DNA of 18,841 nt, taken from a virus. Taxonomy: Duplodnaviria > Heunggongvirae > Uroviricota > Caudoviricetes. Positions 7,876 to 17,557 of the stretch are shown in pieces; the stretch's first letter is position 1; every line of letters starts with the position of its first letter. A program made the position numbers and the translations under genes. The stretch lies in the IMG/VR virus record IMGVR_UViG_2718217868_000006, one strand, 5' to 3'. The notes beneath the pieces were generated by a model. It was not told the DNA's origin. It did not search any database and saw only the letters and a list, made by a program, of their open reading frames with translations.

Positions 7876-8114
7876 TTGGTGAGAATCGCAGCAACTTGTC
7901 GCGCCAATCGAGCCATGTCGTCGTCAACGACCCCCCATTCAAGAACAGCAAGCAGCATTGAGAACTTTGGAATCCAGTCCCTCTTCCACCTGCTGATCTG
8001 CGACTTATCAACGCCCACAGCTTCCGCTGTCTTCTCAGTTCCAAGCATTGCGATTTTGTTAAGCAACGCACTCTCGATTCGTAGAGCCTCGTTGCGTTTG
8101 TTTGCACGAACCAT
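7821..8114 (-). CDS. cII: Transcriptional activator CII
   Basis: Translation from the ATG at 8114 (MVRANKRNEALRIESALLNKIAMLGTEKTAEAVGVDKSQISRWKRDWIPKFSMLLAVLEWGVVDDDMARLARQVAAILTNKKRPAATERSEQIQMEF, 97 aa) matches remembered lambda CII. The track ORF extends upstream to 8174, but the phage start is 8114. Confidence 0.9.
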   Translation of the reverse strand: MVRANKRNEALRIESALLNKIAMLGTEKTAEAVGVDKSQISRWKRDWIPKFSMLLAVLEWGVVDDDMARLARQVAAILTNKKRPAATERSEQIQMEF

Positions 8115-8193
8115 ATGTAAGTATTTCCTTAGATAACAATTGATTGAATGTATGCAAATAAATGCATACACCATAGGTGTGGTTTAATTTGAT

Positions 8194-8225
8194 GCCCTTT
8201 TTCAGGGCTGGGATGTGTAAGAGCG
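8194..8225 (-). promoter_or_regulatory. nutR (boxA CGCTCTTA and boxB GCCCTGAAAAAGGGC)
   Basis: On the - strand between cro and cII: boxA at 8225..8218, boxB hairpin at 8208..8194, matching the lambda nutR consensus. Confidence 0.8.
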
Positions 8226-8233
8226 GGAATGTC

Positions 8234-9588
<1,355 letters not shown>

Positions 9589-9638
9589 TCCCCACCTCAA
9601 TCTCGATAACCAAAAAACAAACTATTTTCCGTTTAAAA

Positions 9639-9707
9639 ACAATGGAGTTTGTTTTTCACGCCCCTTTTTTACAATATTTCTTGTTTACAACATACAATCT
9701 TTCTTGT
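9639..9707. promoter_or_regulatory. OL operator region (three 434-type operators) with PL
   Basis: Three ACAA-N6-TTGT 14-mers at 9639..9652 (ACAATGGAGTTTGT), 9671..9684 (ACAATATTTCTTGT), 9694..9707 (ACAATCTTTCTTGT). Candidate PL: -35 TTTACA 9685..9690, -10 TAATTT 9708..9713, directed toward N. Confidence 0.75.
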
Positions 9708-9752
9708 AATTTTAAGCCATCAGCAGGACGCACTGACCACCATTGAAGGTGA

Positions 9753-9783
9753 TGCTCTTAAAAATTAAGCCCTGAAGAAGGGC
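9753..9783 (+). promoter_or_regulatory. nutL (boxA variant TGCTCTTA and boxB GCCCTGAAGAAGGGC)
   Basis: boxB hairpin at 9769..9783 identical to the lambda nutL boxB; boxA at 9753..9760 differs from the CGCTCTTA consensus at its first base. Confidence 0.8.
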
Positions 9784-9941
9784 AGCATTCAAAGCAGAAG
9801 GCTTTGGGGTGTGTGATACGAAACGAAGCATTGGCCGGAAGTGCGAATCCGGATTAGCTGCAAATGAGCCAATCGTGGGGTGTTTTCGTTCAGGACTACG
9901 ACTCACACACACCACCAAAGCTAACTGACAAGAGAATCCAG

Positions 9942-10265
9942 ATGGATGCACAAACACGCCGCCGCGAACGTCGCGCAGAGAAACAGGCTCAATGGAAAGC
10001 AGCAAATCCCCTGTTGGTTGGGGTAAGCGCAAAACCAGTTAACCGCCCTATTCTCTCGCTGAATCGCAAACCGAAATCACGAGTAGAAAGCGCACTGAAT
10101 CCGATAGACCTTACGGTGCTGGCTGAATACCACGAACAGATTGAAAGCAACCTGCAACGTATTGAGCGCAAGAATCATCGAGTTTGGTATAGCAAGCCAA
10201 GTGAGTTCGGTATAACTTGTCAAGGAAGACAAAAGGTTAAAGGGAAATCCATTCCATTGGCATGA
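9942..10265 (+). CDS. N: Antitermination protein N (lambda-like)
   Basis: Translation from the ATG at 9942 begins MDAQTRRRERRAEKQAQWKAANPLL, the arginine-rich boxB-binding motif of lambda N; 107 aa. The track ORF starts upstream at 9864. Confidence 0.9.
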   Translation: MDAQTRRRERRAEKQAQWKAANPLLVGVSAKPVNRPILSLNRKPKSRVESALNPIDLTVLAEYHEQIESNLQRIERKNHRVWYSKPSEFGITCQGRQKVKGKSIPLA

Positions 10266-10273
10266 GGTACGTA

Positions 10274-11143
10274 ATGAAGAAAATTGATTACAAGTCCATA
10301 CCAAAACCAATAGACTCAGCATCAGAGCGAAAAAAACACAAAAAAGAGGCTGAAAAATTAGCAAATTATATCAGTTTTATTAGAAACAATGCTCACGGCG
10401 ATGGCGACAGGAAGTTGCTTTCAGATGCCCGGACCCAAGCGTTCAGCATACTTCGTAAGCAGATGCAATATCGTCTTCATCCAGGCTACATAATTGAAAT
10501 TCGCCCGACTGAAAGACAATTGTTCTTATTAAACTCTGTCTTTGACTTTGTAAACGTAGTTGGAGATCTTATCGACAGGTCTGTAGATAAGGCTCCTGAT
10601 ACAAATAGTTTTCTTCTAACAAATAAAGAATACTTATATGGTAAATTTGGTATAAACGGATGGCAAAAATATGTACGATTCTTACGTGCATTCGTTGATG
10701 CGTATAAAAATTCCGACATGATTTATACATATTTGCCTGGTGGTAATAATTGTACGCTTTCGGCAGACAATAGAATATTCATACCTATACTTGGTCTTGG
10801 GCTGATTAATGCAGTAAATGAAAGAGATGTTATAATTGTTAAGCAGTGGCGAAAGCATGAGGGATATAGATATCTGCCATGCTTTGATATATTAAAAATA
10901 CAGAATAAATTCTATGTAAAAATTAAATATAAAGAAGATGTTTTCTTCCTCAGAAAAAACAAAGATCTTTTACAAGAACTTTCTGGGACAATAGATGTCA
11001 TCGTAGGTTCTAGGTTTATAAAAGAACTGAAAGAAAGCAGGTCTTTCTCTCGTGTAGAGATAAGCGAGTCAGAGTTATGGGGTATATCAAATAATCCTGT
11101 AAACCACGCTCACCAACGAAATCCAAACAAAAAGTGGTCATAA
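10274..11143 (+). CDS. Hypothetical protein, 289 aa, AT-rich; unrecognised gene in the N-to-ea10 slot
   Basis: Long ORF immediately after N (alternative ATG at 10262 overlaps the N stop; ATG at 10274 has a GAGG SD). No family recognised by eye; rich in Lys/Asn/Tyr/Phe. Followed by a strong terminator. Confidence 0.6.
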   Translation: MKKIDYKSIPKPIDSASERKKHKKEAEKLANYISFIRNNAHGDGDRKLLSDARTQAFSILRKQMQYRLHPGYIIEIRPTERQLFLLNSVFDFVNVVGDLIDRSVDKAPDTNSFLLTNKEYLYGKFGINGWQKYVRFLRAFVDAYKNSDMIYTYLPGGNNCTLSADNRIFIPILGLGLINAVNERDVIIVKQWRKHEGYRYLPCFDILKIQNKFYVKIKYKEDVFFLRKNKDLLQELSGTIDVIVGSRFIKELKESRSFSRVEISESELWGISNNPVNHAHQRNPNKKWS

Positions 11144-11166
11144 CCCGCTCAGGCGGGTTTCATTTT
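11143..11166 (+). terminator. Intrinsic terminator after the 289-aa gene
   Basis: ACCCGC-TCAG-GCGGGT hairpin followed by TTCATTTT immediately after the stop codon. Confidence 0.65.
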
Positions 11167-11285
11167 CACGCAAACAACAGAATAAACACTGCACTGTGTA
11201 TTCATTCCAACGAGTGAATACACGGAGCAATGTCGCTCGTAACTAAACAGGAGTCGACTTGTTCTGATTATTGGAAATCTTCTTT

Positions 11286-11311
11286 GCCCTCCAGTATGAG
11301 GGCGATTTTTT
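11286..11311 (+). terminator. Putative intrinsic terminator (tL2-like position)
   Basis: GCCCTC-CAGTAT-GAGGGC hairpin followed by GATTTTTT, upstream of the ea10-like gene. Confidence 0.5.
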
Positions 11312-11331
11312 ATCTGTGAGGATATGAATAG

Positions 11332-11700
11332 ATGTCAAACATCAAAAAATACATCATTGATTACGACTGGAAAGCATCAATAGAAATTGAAATCGACCAT
11401 GACGTAATGACAGAGGAAAAACTTCACCAGATTAATAATTTCTGGTCAGACTCTGAATACCGACTCAATAAACACGGCTCTGTATTAAATGCTGTATTAA
11501 TCATGCTGGCGCAACATGCTCTGCTTATAGCAATTTCAAGCGACTTAAATGCATATGGTGTTGTGTGTGAGTTCGACTGGAATGATGGAAATGGTCAGGA
11601 AGGATGGCCTCCAATGGATGGTAGCGAAGGAATAAGAATTACCGATATCGATACATCAGGAATATTTGATTCAGATGATATGACTATCAAAGCCGCCTGA
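11332..11700 (+). CDS. ea10: Ea10-like early protein (122 aa)
   Basis: 122-aa acidic ORF with SD GAGGA, adjacent to cIII as in lambda. Assignment rests on position and length; the sequence itself is not recalled with certainty. Confidence 0.5.
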   Translation: MSNIKKYIIDYDWKASIEIEIDHDVMTEEKLHQINNFWSDSEYRLNKHGSVLNAVLIMLAQHALLIAISSDLNAYGVVCEFDWNDGNGQEGWPPMDGSEGIRITDIDTSGIFDSDDMTIKAA

Positions 11701-11772
11701 GCGCGGCGTTACCGCATACCAATAACGCTTCACTCGAGGCGTTTTTCGTTATGTATAAATAAGGAGCACACC

Positions 11773-11937
11773 ATGCAATATGCCATTGCAGGGTGGCCTG
11801 TTGCTGGCTGCCCTTCCGAATCTTTACTTGAACGAATCACCCGTAAATTACGTGACGGATGGAAACGCCTTATCGACATACTTAATCAGCCAGGAGTCCC
11901 AAAAAATGGATCAAACACTTATGGCTATCCAGACTAA
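11773..11937 (+). CDS. cIII: CIII (FtsH/HflB inhibitor stabilising CII)
   Basis: Not on the ORF track (54 aa). Translation [54 protein letters not shown] matches remembered lambda CIII; SD AAGGAG upstream. Confidence 0.9.
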   Translation: MQYAIAGWPVAGCPSESLLERITRKLRDGWKRLIDILNQPGVPKNGSNTYGYPD

Positions 11938-12049
11938 ATTCACTATCGCCACTTTTATTGGCGATGAAAAGATGTTTCGTGAGGCCGTCGACGCTTATAA
12001 AAAATGGATATTAATACTGAAACTGAGATCAAGCAAAAGCATTCACTAA
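11906..12049 (+). CDS. kil: Kil (host cell-division inhibitor)
   Basis: 47-aa [50 protein letters not shown], overlapping the 3' end of cIII and the 5' end of gam as in lambda. Confidence 0.8.
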   Translation: MDQTLMAIQTKFTIATFIGDEKMFREAVDAYKKWILILKLRSSKSIH

Positions 12050-12420
12050 CCTCCTTTCCTGTTTTCCTAATCAGCCCGGCATTTCGCGGGCGATATTTTC
12101 ACAGCTATTTCAGGAGTTCAGCCATGAACGCTTATTACATTCAGGATCGTCTTGAGGCTCAGAGCTGGACGCGTCACTACCAGCAGATCGCCCGTGAAGA
12201 GAAAGAGGCAGAACTGGCAGACGACATGGAAAAAGGTCTGCCCCAGCACCTGTTTGAATCACTCTGCATCGATCATTTACAACGCCACGGGGCCAGCAAA
12301 AAAGCCATTACCCGTGCGTTTGATGACGATGTTGAGTTTCAGGAGCGCATGGCAGAACACATCCGGTACATGGTTGAAACCATTGCTCACCACCAGGTTG
12401 ATATTGATTCAGAGGTATAA
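12004..12420 (+). CDS. gam: Gam (RecBCD inhibitor)
   Basis: 138-aa ORF near-identical to remembered lambda Gam ([16 protein letters not shown]…[10 protein letters not shown]), including the internal Met for the short form. Confidence 0.95.
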   Translation: MDINTETEIKQKHSLTSFPVFLISPAFRGRYFHSYFRSSAMNAYYIQDRLEAQSWTRHYQQIAREEKEAELADDMEKGLPQHLFESLCIDHLQRHGASKKAITRAFDDDVEFQERMAEHIRYMVETIAHHQVDIDSEV

Positions 12421-12425
12421 AACGG

Positions 12426-13211
12426 ATGAGTACAGCACTCGCAACGCTGGCTGGGAAGCTGGCTGAACGCGTCGGCATGGATTCTGTCGACCCACAGGAA
12501 CTGATCACCACTCTTCGCCAGACGGCATTTAAAGGTGATGCCAGCGATGCGCAGTTCATCGCATTGCTGATCGTCGCCAACCAGTACGGCCTTAATCCGT
12601 GGACGAAAGAAATTTACGCCTTCCCTGACAAGCAGAACGGCATCGTTCCGGTGGTGGGCGTTGATGGCTGGTCCCGTATCATCAATGAAAACCAGCAGTT
12701 TGATGGCATGGACTTTGAGCAGGACAATGAATCCTGCACATGCCGGATTTACCGCAAAGACCGCAATCATCCGATCTGCGTTACCGAGTGGATGGATGAA
12801 TGCCGCCGCGAACCATTCAAAACCCGCGAAGGCAGAGAAATCACGGGGCCGTGGCAGTCGCATCCCAAACGGATGTTACGGCATAAAGCCATGATTCAGT
12901 GTGCCCGTCTCGCCTTCGGATTTGCTGGTATCTATGACAAGGATGAAGCCGAGCGCATTGTCGAAAATACCGCATACACTGCAGAACGTCAGCCGGAACG
13001 CGACATCACTCCGGTTAACGATGAAACCATGCAGGAGATTAACACTCTGCTGATTGCCCTGGATAAAACATGGGATGACGACTTATTGCCGCTCTGTTCC
13101 CAGATATTTCGCCGCGACATTCGCGCATCGTCAGAACTGACACAGGCCGAAGCAGTGAAAGCTCTTGGATTCCTGAAACAGAAAGCCACTGAGCAGAAGG
13201 TGGCTGCATGA
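12426..13211 (+). CDS. bet: Bet (Red-beta single-strand annealing recombinase)
   Basis: 261-aa ORF near-identical to remembered lambda Bet ([37 protein letters not shown]…). Confidence 0.95.
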
Positions 13212-13888
13212 CACCGGACATTATCCTGCAGCGTACCGGAATCGACGTGAGAGCTGTCGAACAGGGGGATGATGCGTGGCACAAATTACGGCTCGGCGTC
13301 ATCACCGCTTCAGAAGTTCACAATGTGATAGCAAAACCCCGCTCCGGAAAAAAGTGGCCTGACATGAAAATGTCCTACTTCCACACCCTGCTGGCTGAGG
13401 TTTGCACCGGTGTGGCTCCGGAAGTTAATGCTAAGGCGCTGGCATGGGGAAAACAGTACGAGAACGACGCCAGAACTCTGTTTGAATTCACTTCCGGCGT
13501 GAATGTTACTGAATCCCCGATCATCTAACGCGACGAAAGTATGCGTACCGCCTGCTCTCCCGATGGTTTATGCAGTGACGGCAATGGCCTTGAGCTGAAA
13601 TGCCCGTTTACCTCCCGGGATTTCATGAAGTTCCGGCTCGGTGGTTTCGAGGCCATAAAGTCGGCTTACATGGCCCAGGTGCAGTACAGCATGTGGGTGA
13701 CGCGAAAAGATGCCTGGTACTTTGCCAACTATGACCCGCGTATGAAGCGTGAAGGCCTGCATTATGTCGTGGTTGAGCGGGATGAAAAGTACATGGCGAG
13801 TTTTGACGAGATGGTGCCGGAGTTCATCGAAAAAATGGACGAGGCACTGGCTGAAATTGGTTTTGTATTTGGGGAGCAATGGCGATGA
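13208..13888 (+). pseudogene. exo: exo (lambda Red 5'-3' exonuclease) interrupted by an in-frame ochre codon at 13526..13528
   Basis: A single frame of 226 codons matches lambda Exo throughout ([11 protein letters not shown]…GEQWR), but codon 107 is TAA where lambda has Tyr (…ESPII[15 protein letters not shown]…). The ORF track shows the two halves as 13208..13528 and 13541..13888. Confidence 0.85.
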
Positions 13889-14067
13889 AGCATCCTCACG
13901 ATAATATCCGGGTAGGTGCGATCACTTTCGTCTACTCCGTTACAAAGCGAGGCTGGGTATTTCCCGGCCTTTCTGTTATCAGAAATCCCCTGAAAGCACA
14001 GCGGCTGGCTGAGGAGATAAATAATAAACGGGGGGCTGTATGCACAAAGCATCTCCTGTTGAGTTAA
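13885..14067 (+). CDS. Lambda early-left small ORF (orf60a-like)
   Basis: Small ORF overlapping the end of exo in lambda-like arrangement. Start assigned to the second Met (60 aa) by analogy with lambda; it could be 13879. Confidence 0.55.
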   Translation: MKHPHDNIRVGAITFVYSVTKRGWVFPGLSVIRNPLKAQRLAEEINNKRGAVCTKHLLLS

Positions 14068-14231
14068 GAACGTGTATCGAGATGGCACATAGCCTCGCTC
14101 AAATTGGAGTCAGGTTTGTGCCAATACCAGTAGAAACAGACGAAGAATTTCATACGTTAGCCGCATCCCTTTCACAAAAGCTGGAAATGATGGTGGCGAA
14201 AGCAGAAGCAGATGAGAGAGACCAGGTATGA
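14040..14231 (+). CDS. Lambda early-left small ORF (orf63-like)
   Basis: 63-aa ORF in the lambda-like position between exo and ea22. Confidence 0.6.
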   Translation: MHKASPVELRTCIEMAHSLAQIGVRFVPIPVETDEEFHTLAASLSQKLEMMVAKAEADERDQV

Positions 14232-14307
14232 CAACCACTGAATGCATTTTTCTGGCAGCGGGCTTCATATTCTGTGTGCTTATGCTTGCCGACATGGGGC
14301 TTGTTCA

Positions 14308-14523
14308 ATGACACCTCAGCAAGAAAACGCCCTTCGCAGCATTGCCCGTCAGGCTAATTCTGAAATCAAAAAAGCCAGACAGCAGTTTCCGGATAAAAAC
14401 GTCGATGACATTTGCCGTAGCGTACTGAAGAAGCACCGCGAAACGGTAACGCTGATGGGATTCACACCGACTCATTTAAGCCTGGCGATCGGCATGTTAA
14501 ACGGCGTCTTTAAGGAACGGTGA
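14308..14523 (+). CDS. Lambda early-left small ORF (orf61-like); start uncertain
   Basis: Track ORF 14242..14523; the internal ATG at 14308 (MTPQQENALRSIARQANSEIKKARQQF…) is the more plausible start. Name assigned by position only. Confidence 0.45.
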   Translation: MTPQQENALRSIARQANSEIKKARQQFPDKNVDDICRSVLKKHRETVTLMGFTPTHLSLAIGMLNGVFKER

Positions 14524-14621
14524 GCATGAAAAACAAAATCATCATGGAGCTACAGGCTCCTTTTTTATTATTCGCATTCACCCTCAAGCGTATTAACCAA
14601 CAATTCAGGGATTAATGAAAG

Positions 14622-14843
14622 ATGGCAGACATCATTGATTCAGCATCAGAAATTGAAGAATTACAGCGCAACACAGCAATAAAAATGCGCCGCCTGAACC
14701 ACCAGGCTATATCTGCCACTCATTGTTGTGAGTGTGGCGATCCGATAGATGAACGAAGACGCTTGGCCGTTCAGGGTTGTCGGACTTGTGCAAGTTGCCA
14801 GGAGGATCTGGAACTTATCAGTAAACAGAGAGGTTCGAAGTGA
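14622..14843 (+). CDS. TraR/DksA-family C4 zinc-finger protein (lambda orf73-like)
   Basis: 73-aa ORF with a CxxC…CxxC motif (CCECGDPIDERRRLAVQGCRTCASC) characteristic of the TraR/DksA zinc finger; position matches lambda orf73. Confidence 0.8.
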   Translation: MADIIDSASEIEELQRNTAIKMRRLNHQAISATHCCECGDPIDERRRLAVQGCRTCASCQEDLELISKQRGSK

Positions 14844-15388
14844 GCGAAATTAACTCTCAGGCACTGCGTGAAGCGGCAGAGCAGGCAATGCATGACGACT
14901 GGGGATTTGACGCAGACCTTTTCCATGAATTGGTAACACCATCGATTGTGCTGGAACTGCTGGATGAACGGGAAAGAAACCAGCAATACATCAAACGCCG
15001 CGACCAGGAGAACGAGGATATTGCGCTAACAGTAGGGAAACTGCGTGTTGAGCTTGAAACAGCAAAATCAAAACTCAACGAGCAGCGTGAGTATTACGAA
15101 GGTGTTATCTCGGATGGGAGTAAGCGTATTGCTAAACTGGAAAGCAACGAAGTCCGTGAAGACGGAAACCAGTTTCTTGTTGTTCGCCATCCTGGGAAGA
15201 CTCCTGTTATCAAGCACTGCACTGGTGACCTGGAAGAGTTTCTGCGGCAGTTAATCGAACAAGACCCGTTAGTAACTATCGACATCATTACGCATCGCTA
15301 TTACGGGGTTGGAGGTCAATGGGTTCAGGATGCAGGTGAGTATCTGCATATGATGTCTGACGCTGGCATTCGCATCAAAGGAGAGTGA
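14840..15388 (+). CDS. ea22: Ea22 early protein
   Basis: 182-aa ORF in the lambda ea22 position with matching length and a central coiled-coil-like segment; start overlaps the preceding stop. Confidence 0.75.
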   Translation: MSEINSQALREAAEQAMHDDWGFDADLFHELVTPSIVLELLDERERNQQYIKRRDQENEDIALTVGKLRVELETAKSKLNEQREYYEGVISDGSKRIAKLESNEVREDGNQFLVVRHPGKTPVIKHCTGDLEEFLRQLIEQDPLVTIDIITHRYYGVGGQWVQDAGEYLHMMSDAGIRIKGE

Positions 15389-15579
15389 GATCGGTTTTGT
15401 AAAAGATAACGCTTGTGAAAATGCTGAATTTCGCGTCGTCTTCACAGCGATGCCAGAGTCTGTAGTGTCAGATGATGACCGTACTCAAACATCGGGTTGA
15501 GTATTATCTTACTGTTTCTTTACATAAACATTGCTGATACCGTTTAGCTGAAACGACATACATTGCAAGGAGTTTATAA

Positions 15580-15861
15580 ATGAGTATCAATGAGTTAGAG
15601 TCTGAGCAAAAAGATTGGGCGTTATCAATGTTGTGCAGATCCGGTGTCTTGTCTCCATGCAGACATCACGAAGGTGTTTATGTAGATGAAGGTATAGATA
15701 TAGAGTCGGCATACAAATATTCCATGAAGGTTTATAAGTCTAATGAAGACAAATCCCCATTCTGCAATGTGCGAGAAATGACTGATACCGTGCAAAATTA
15801 TTATCACGAGTACGGTGGAAACGATACTTGCCCTCTCTGTACAAAACATATAGATGATTAA
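15580..15861 (+). CDS. ea8.5: Ea8.5 early protein (Cys/His-containing)
   Basis: 93-aa ORF in the lambda ea8.5 position and length, with Cys/His pairs (CRHHEG…CPLCTKH) suggesting a metal site. Confidence 0.75.
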   Translation: MSINELESEQKDWALSMLCRSGVLSPCRHHEGVYVDEGIDIESAYKYSMKVYKSNEDKSPFCNVREMTDTVQNYYHEYGGNDTCPLCTKHIDD

Positions 15862-15949
15862 ACCCAATATTACATAACAATCCTCGCACTCGCGGGGATT
15901 TATTTTATCTGAACTCGCTACGGCGGGTTTTGTTTTATGGAGATGATAA

Positions 15950-16117
15950 ATGCACTTCCGAGTCACAGGAGAATGGAATGGAGAGCCATTCAACAGAGTT
16001 ATCGAAGCGGAGAACATCAACGACTGCTACGACCACTGGATGATATGGGCGCAGATAGCACATGCAGACATAACCAATATTCGAATTGAAGAACTGAAAG
16101 AACACCAAGCCGCCTGA
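15950..16117 (+). CDS. Small ORF (55 aa) between ea8.5 and xis (lambda orf55-like)
   Basis: Not on the ORF track. ATG at 15950, translation MHFRVTGEWNGEPFNRVIEAENINDCYDHWMIWAQIAHADITNIRIEELKEHQAA, stop at 16115..16117 embedded in a terminator hairpin. Confidence 0.5.
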   Translation: MHFRVTGEWNGEPFNRVIEAENINDCYDHWMIWAQIAHADITNIRIEELKEHQAA

Positions 16118-16129
16118 TGGCGGTTTTTT
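16109..16129 (+). terminator. Intrinsic terminator upstream of xis
   Basis: CCGCC-TGAT-GGCGG hairpin followed by TTTTTT. Confidence 0.6.
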
Positions 16130-16156
16130 CTTGCGTGTAATTGCGGAGACTTTGCG

Positions 16157-16375
16157 ATGTACTTGACACTTCAGGAGTGGAACGCTCGCCAGCGACGCCC
16201 AAGAAGCCTTGAAACAGTTCGTCGATGGGTGCGCGAATGCAGGATATTCCCTCCTCCGGTTAAGGATGGAAGAGAATATCTGTTCCACGAATCAGCGGTA
16301 AAGGTTGACTTAAATCGACCAGTAACAGGTAGCCTTTTGAAGAGGATCAGAAATGGGAAGAAGGCGAAGTCATGA
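16157..16375 (+). CDS. xis: Excisionase Xis
   Basis: 72-aa ORF matching remembered lambda Xis (MYLTLQEWNARQRRPRSLETVRRWVRECRIFPPPVKDGREYLFHESAVKVDLNRP…), overlapping the int start. Confidence 0.95.
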   Translation: MYLTLQEWNARQRRPRSLETVRRWVRECRIFPPPVKDGREYLFHESAVKVDLNRPVTGSLLKRIRNGKKAKS

Positions 16376-17423
16376 GCGCCGGGATTTACCCCCTAACCTT
16401 TATATAAGAAACAATGGATATTACTGCTACAGGGACCCAAGGACGGGTAAAGAGTTTGGATTAGGCAGAGACAGGCGAATCGCAATCACTGAAGCCATAC
16501 AGGCCAACATTGAGTTATTCTCAGGACACAAACACAAGCCTCTGACAGCGAGAATCAACAGTGATAATTCCGTTACGTTACATTCATGGCTTGATCGCTA
16601 CGAAAAAATCCTGGCCAGCAGAGGAATCAAGCAGAAGACACTCATAAATTACATGAGCAAAATTAAAGCAATAAGGAGGGGGCTGCCTGATGCTCCACTT
16701 GAAGACATCACCACAAAAGAAATTGCGGCAATGCTCAATGGATACATAGACGAGGGCAAGGCGGCGTCAGCCAAGTTAATCAGATCAACACTGAGCGATG
16801 CATTCCGAGAGGCAATAGCTGAAGGCCATATAACAACAAACCCTGTCGCTGCCACTCGCGCAGCAAAATCAGAGGTAAGGAGATCAAGACTTACGGCTGA
16901 CGAATACCTGAAAATTTATCAAGCAGCAGAATCATCACCATGTTGGCTCAGACTTGCAATGGAACTGGCTGTTGTTACCGGGCAACGAGTTGGTGATTTA
17001 TGCGAAATGAAGTGGTCTGATATCGTAGATGGATATCTTTATGTCGAGCAAAGCAAAACAGGCGTAAAAATTGCCATCCCAACAACATTGCATGTTGATG
17101 CTCTCGGGATATCAATGAAGGAAACACTTGATAAATGCAAAGAGATTCTTGGCGGAGAAACCATAATTGCATCTACTCGTCGTGAACCGCTTTCATCCGG
17201 CACAGTATCAAGGTATTTTATGCGCGCACGAAAAGCATCAGGTCTTTCCTTCGAAGGGGATCCGCCTACCTTTCACGAGTTGCGCAGTTTGTCTGCAAGA
17301 CTCTATGAGAAGCAGATAAGCGATAAGTTTGCTCAACATCTTCTCGGGCATAAGTCGGACACCATGGCATCACAGTATCGTGATGACAGAGGCAGGGAGT
17401 GGGACAAAATTGAAATCAAATAA
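16353..17423 (+). CDS. int: Integrase Int (tyrosine recombinase)
   Basis: 356-aa ORF matching remembered lambda Int, with catalytic Tyr in the …ASQYRDDRG… context and the RHR triad region present. Confidence 0.95.
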   Translation: MGRRRSHERRDLPPNLYIRNNGYYCYRDPRTGKEFGLGRDRRIAITEAIQANIELFSGHKHKPLTARINSDNSVTLHSWLDRYEKILASRGIKQKTLINYMSKIKAIRRGLPDAPLEDITTKEIAAMLNGYIDEGKAASAKLIRSTLSDAFREAIAEGHITTNPVAATRAAKSEVRRSRLTADEYLKIYQAAESSPCWLRLAMELAVVTGQRVGDLCEMKWSDIVDGYLYVEQSKTGVKIAIPTTLHVDALGISMKETLDKCKEILGGETIIASTRREPLSSGTVSRYFMRARKASGLSFEGDPPTFHELRSLSARLYEKQISDKFAQHLLGHKSDTMASQYRDDRGREWDKIEIK

Positions 17424-17511
17424 TGATTTTATTTTGACTGATAGTGACCTGTTCGTTGCAACAAATTGATAAGCAATGCTTTTTTATAATGTCAACTTAG
17501 TATAAAAAAGC
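17424..17511. promoter_or_regulatory. Prophage-host junction: P' arm with Int arm-type sites plus the 15-bp core (attL-type junction)
   Basis: Sequence after the int stop matches the lambda P' arm (…GACTGATAGTGACCTGTTCGTTGCAACAAATTGATAAGCAATGC…). Core TTAGTATAAAAAAGC (reverse complement of GCTTTTTTATACTAA) at 17497..17511 is followed by AGGCTTCA, matching the bacterial attB side. Confidence 0.9.
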
Positions 17512-17557
17512 AGGCTTCAACGGATTCATTTTTCTATTTCATAGCCCGGAGCAACCT

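Noticed and set aside
7748-8107. 119-aa ORF on the - strand overlapping cII in another frame
   Set aside because: Overlaps almost the whole cII gene, whose translation matches lambda CII; the alternate frame is not a known gene.
9712-10032. 106-aa ORF on the - strand across nutL and the N 5' region
   Set aside because: Antisense to the PL leader, nutL and N; no promoter in that orientation and no recognisable product.
12308-13305. - strand ORFs 12308..12580, 12387..12863, 12989..13282, 13039..13305 and + strand 12152..12466, 12661..12894 within gam/bet/exo
   Set aside because: All overlap the lambda-identical Red genes in other frames or antisense; the Red ORFs account for the coding capacity.
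13568-14088. - strand ORFs 13568..13879 and 13762..14088 antisense to exo and the small early ORFs
   Set aside because: Antisense to lambda-matching ORFs; no independent evidence.
14771-15288. ORFs 14771..14986(-), 14857..15078(-), 15045..15254(+), 15094..15288(-) overlapping ea22
   Set aside because: Alternative-frame or antisense ORFs within ea22; not supported.
15625-16288. - strand ORFs 15625..16020, 15935..16288 and 16017..16202 across ea8.5/orf55/xis
   Set aside because: Antisense to the lambda-like ea8.5 and xis genes and spanning two terminator hairpins; implausible as genes.
16649-17172. - strand ORFs 16649..16855 and 16975..17172 inside int
   Set aside because: Antisense to int, which matches lambda integrase over its full length.
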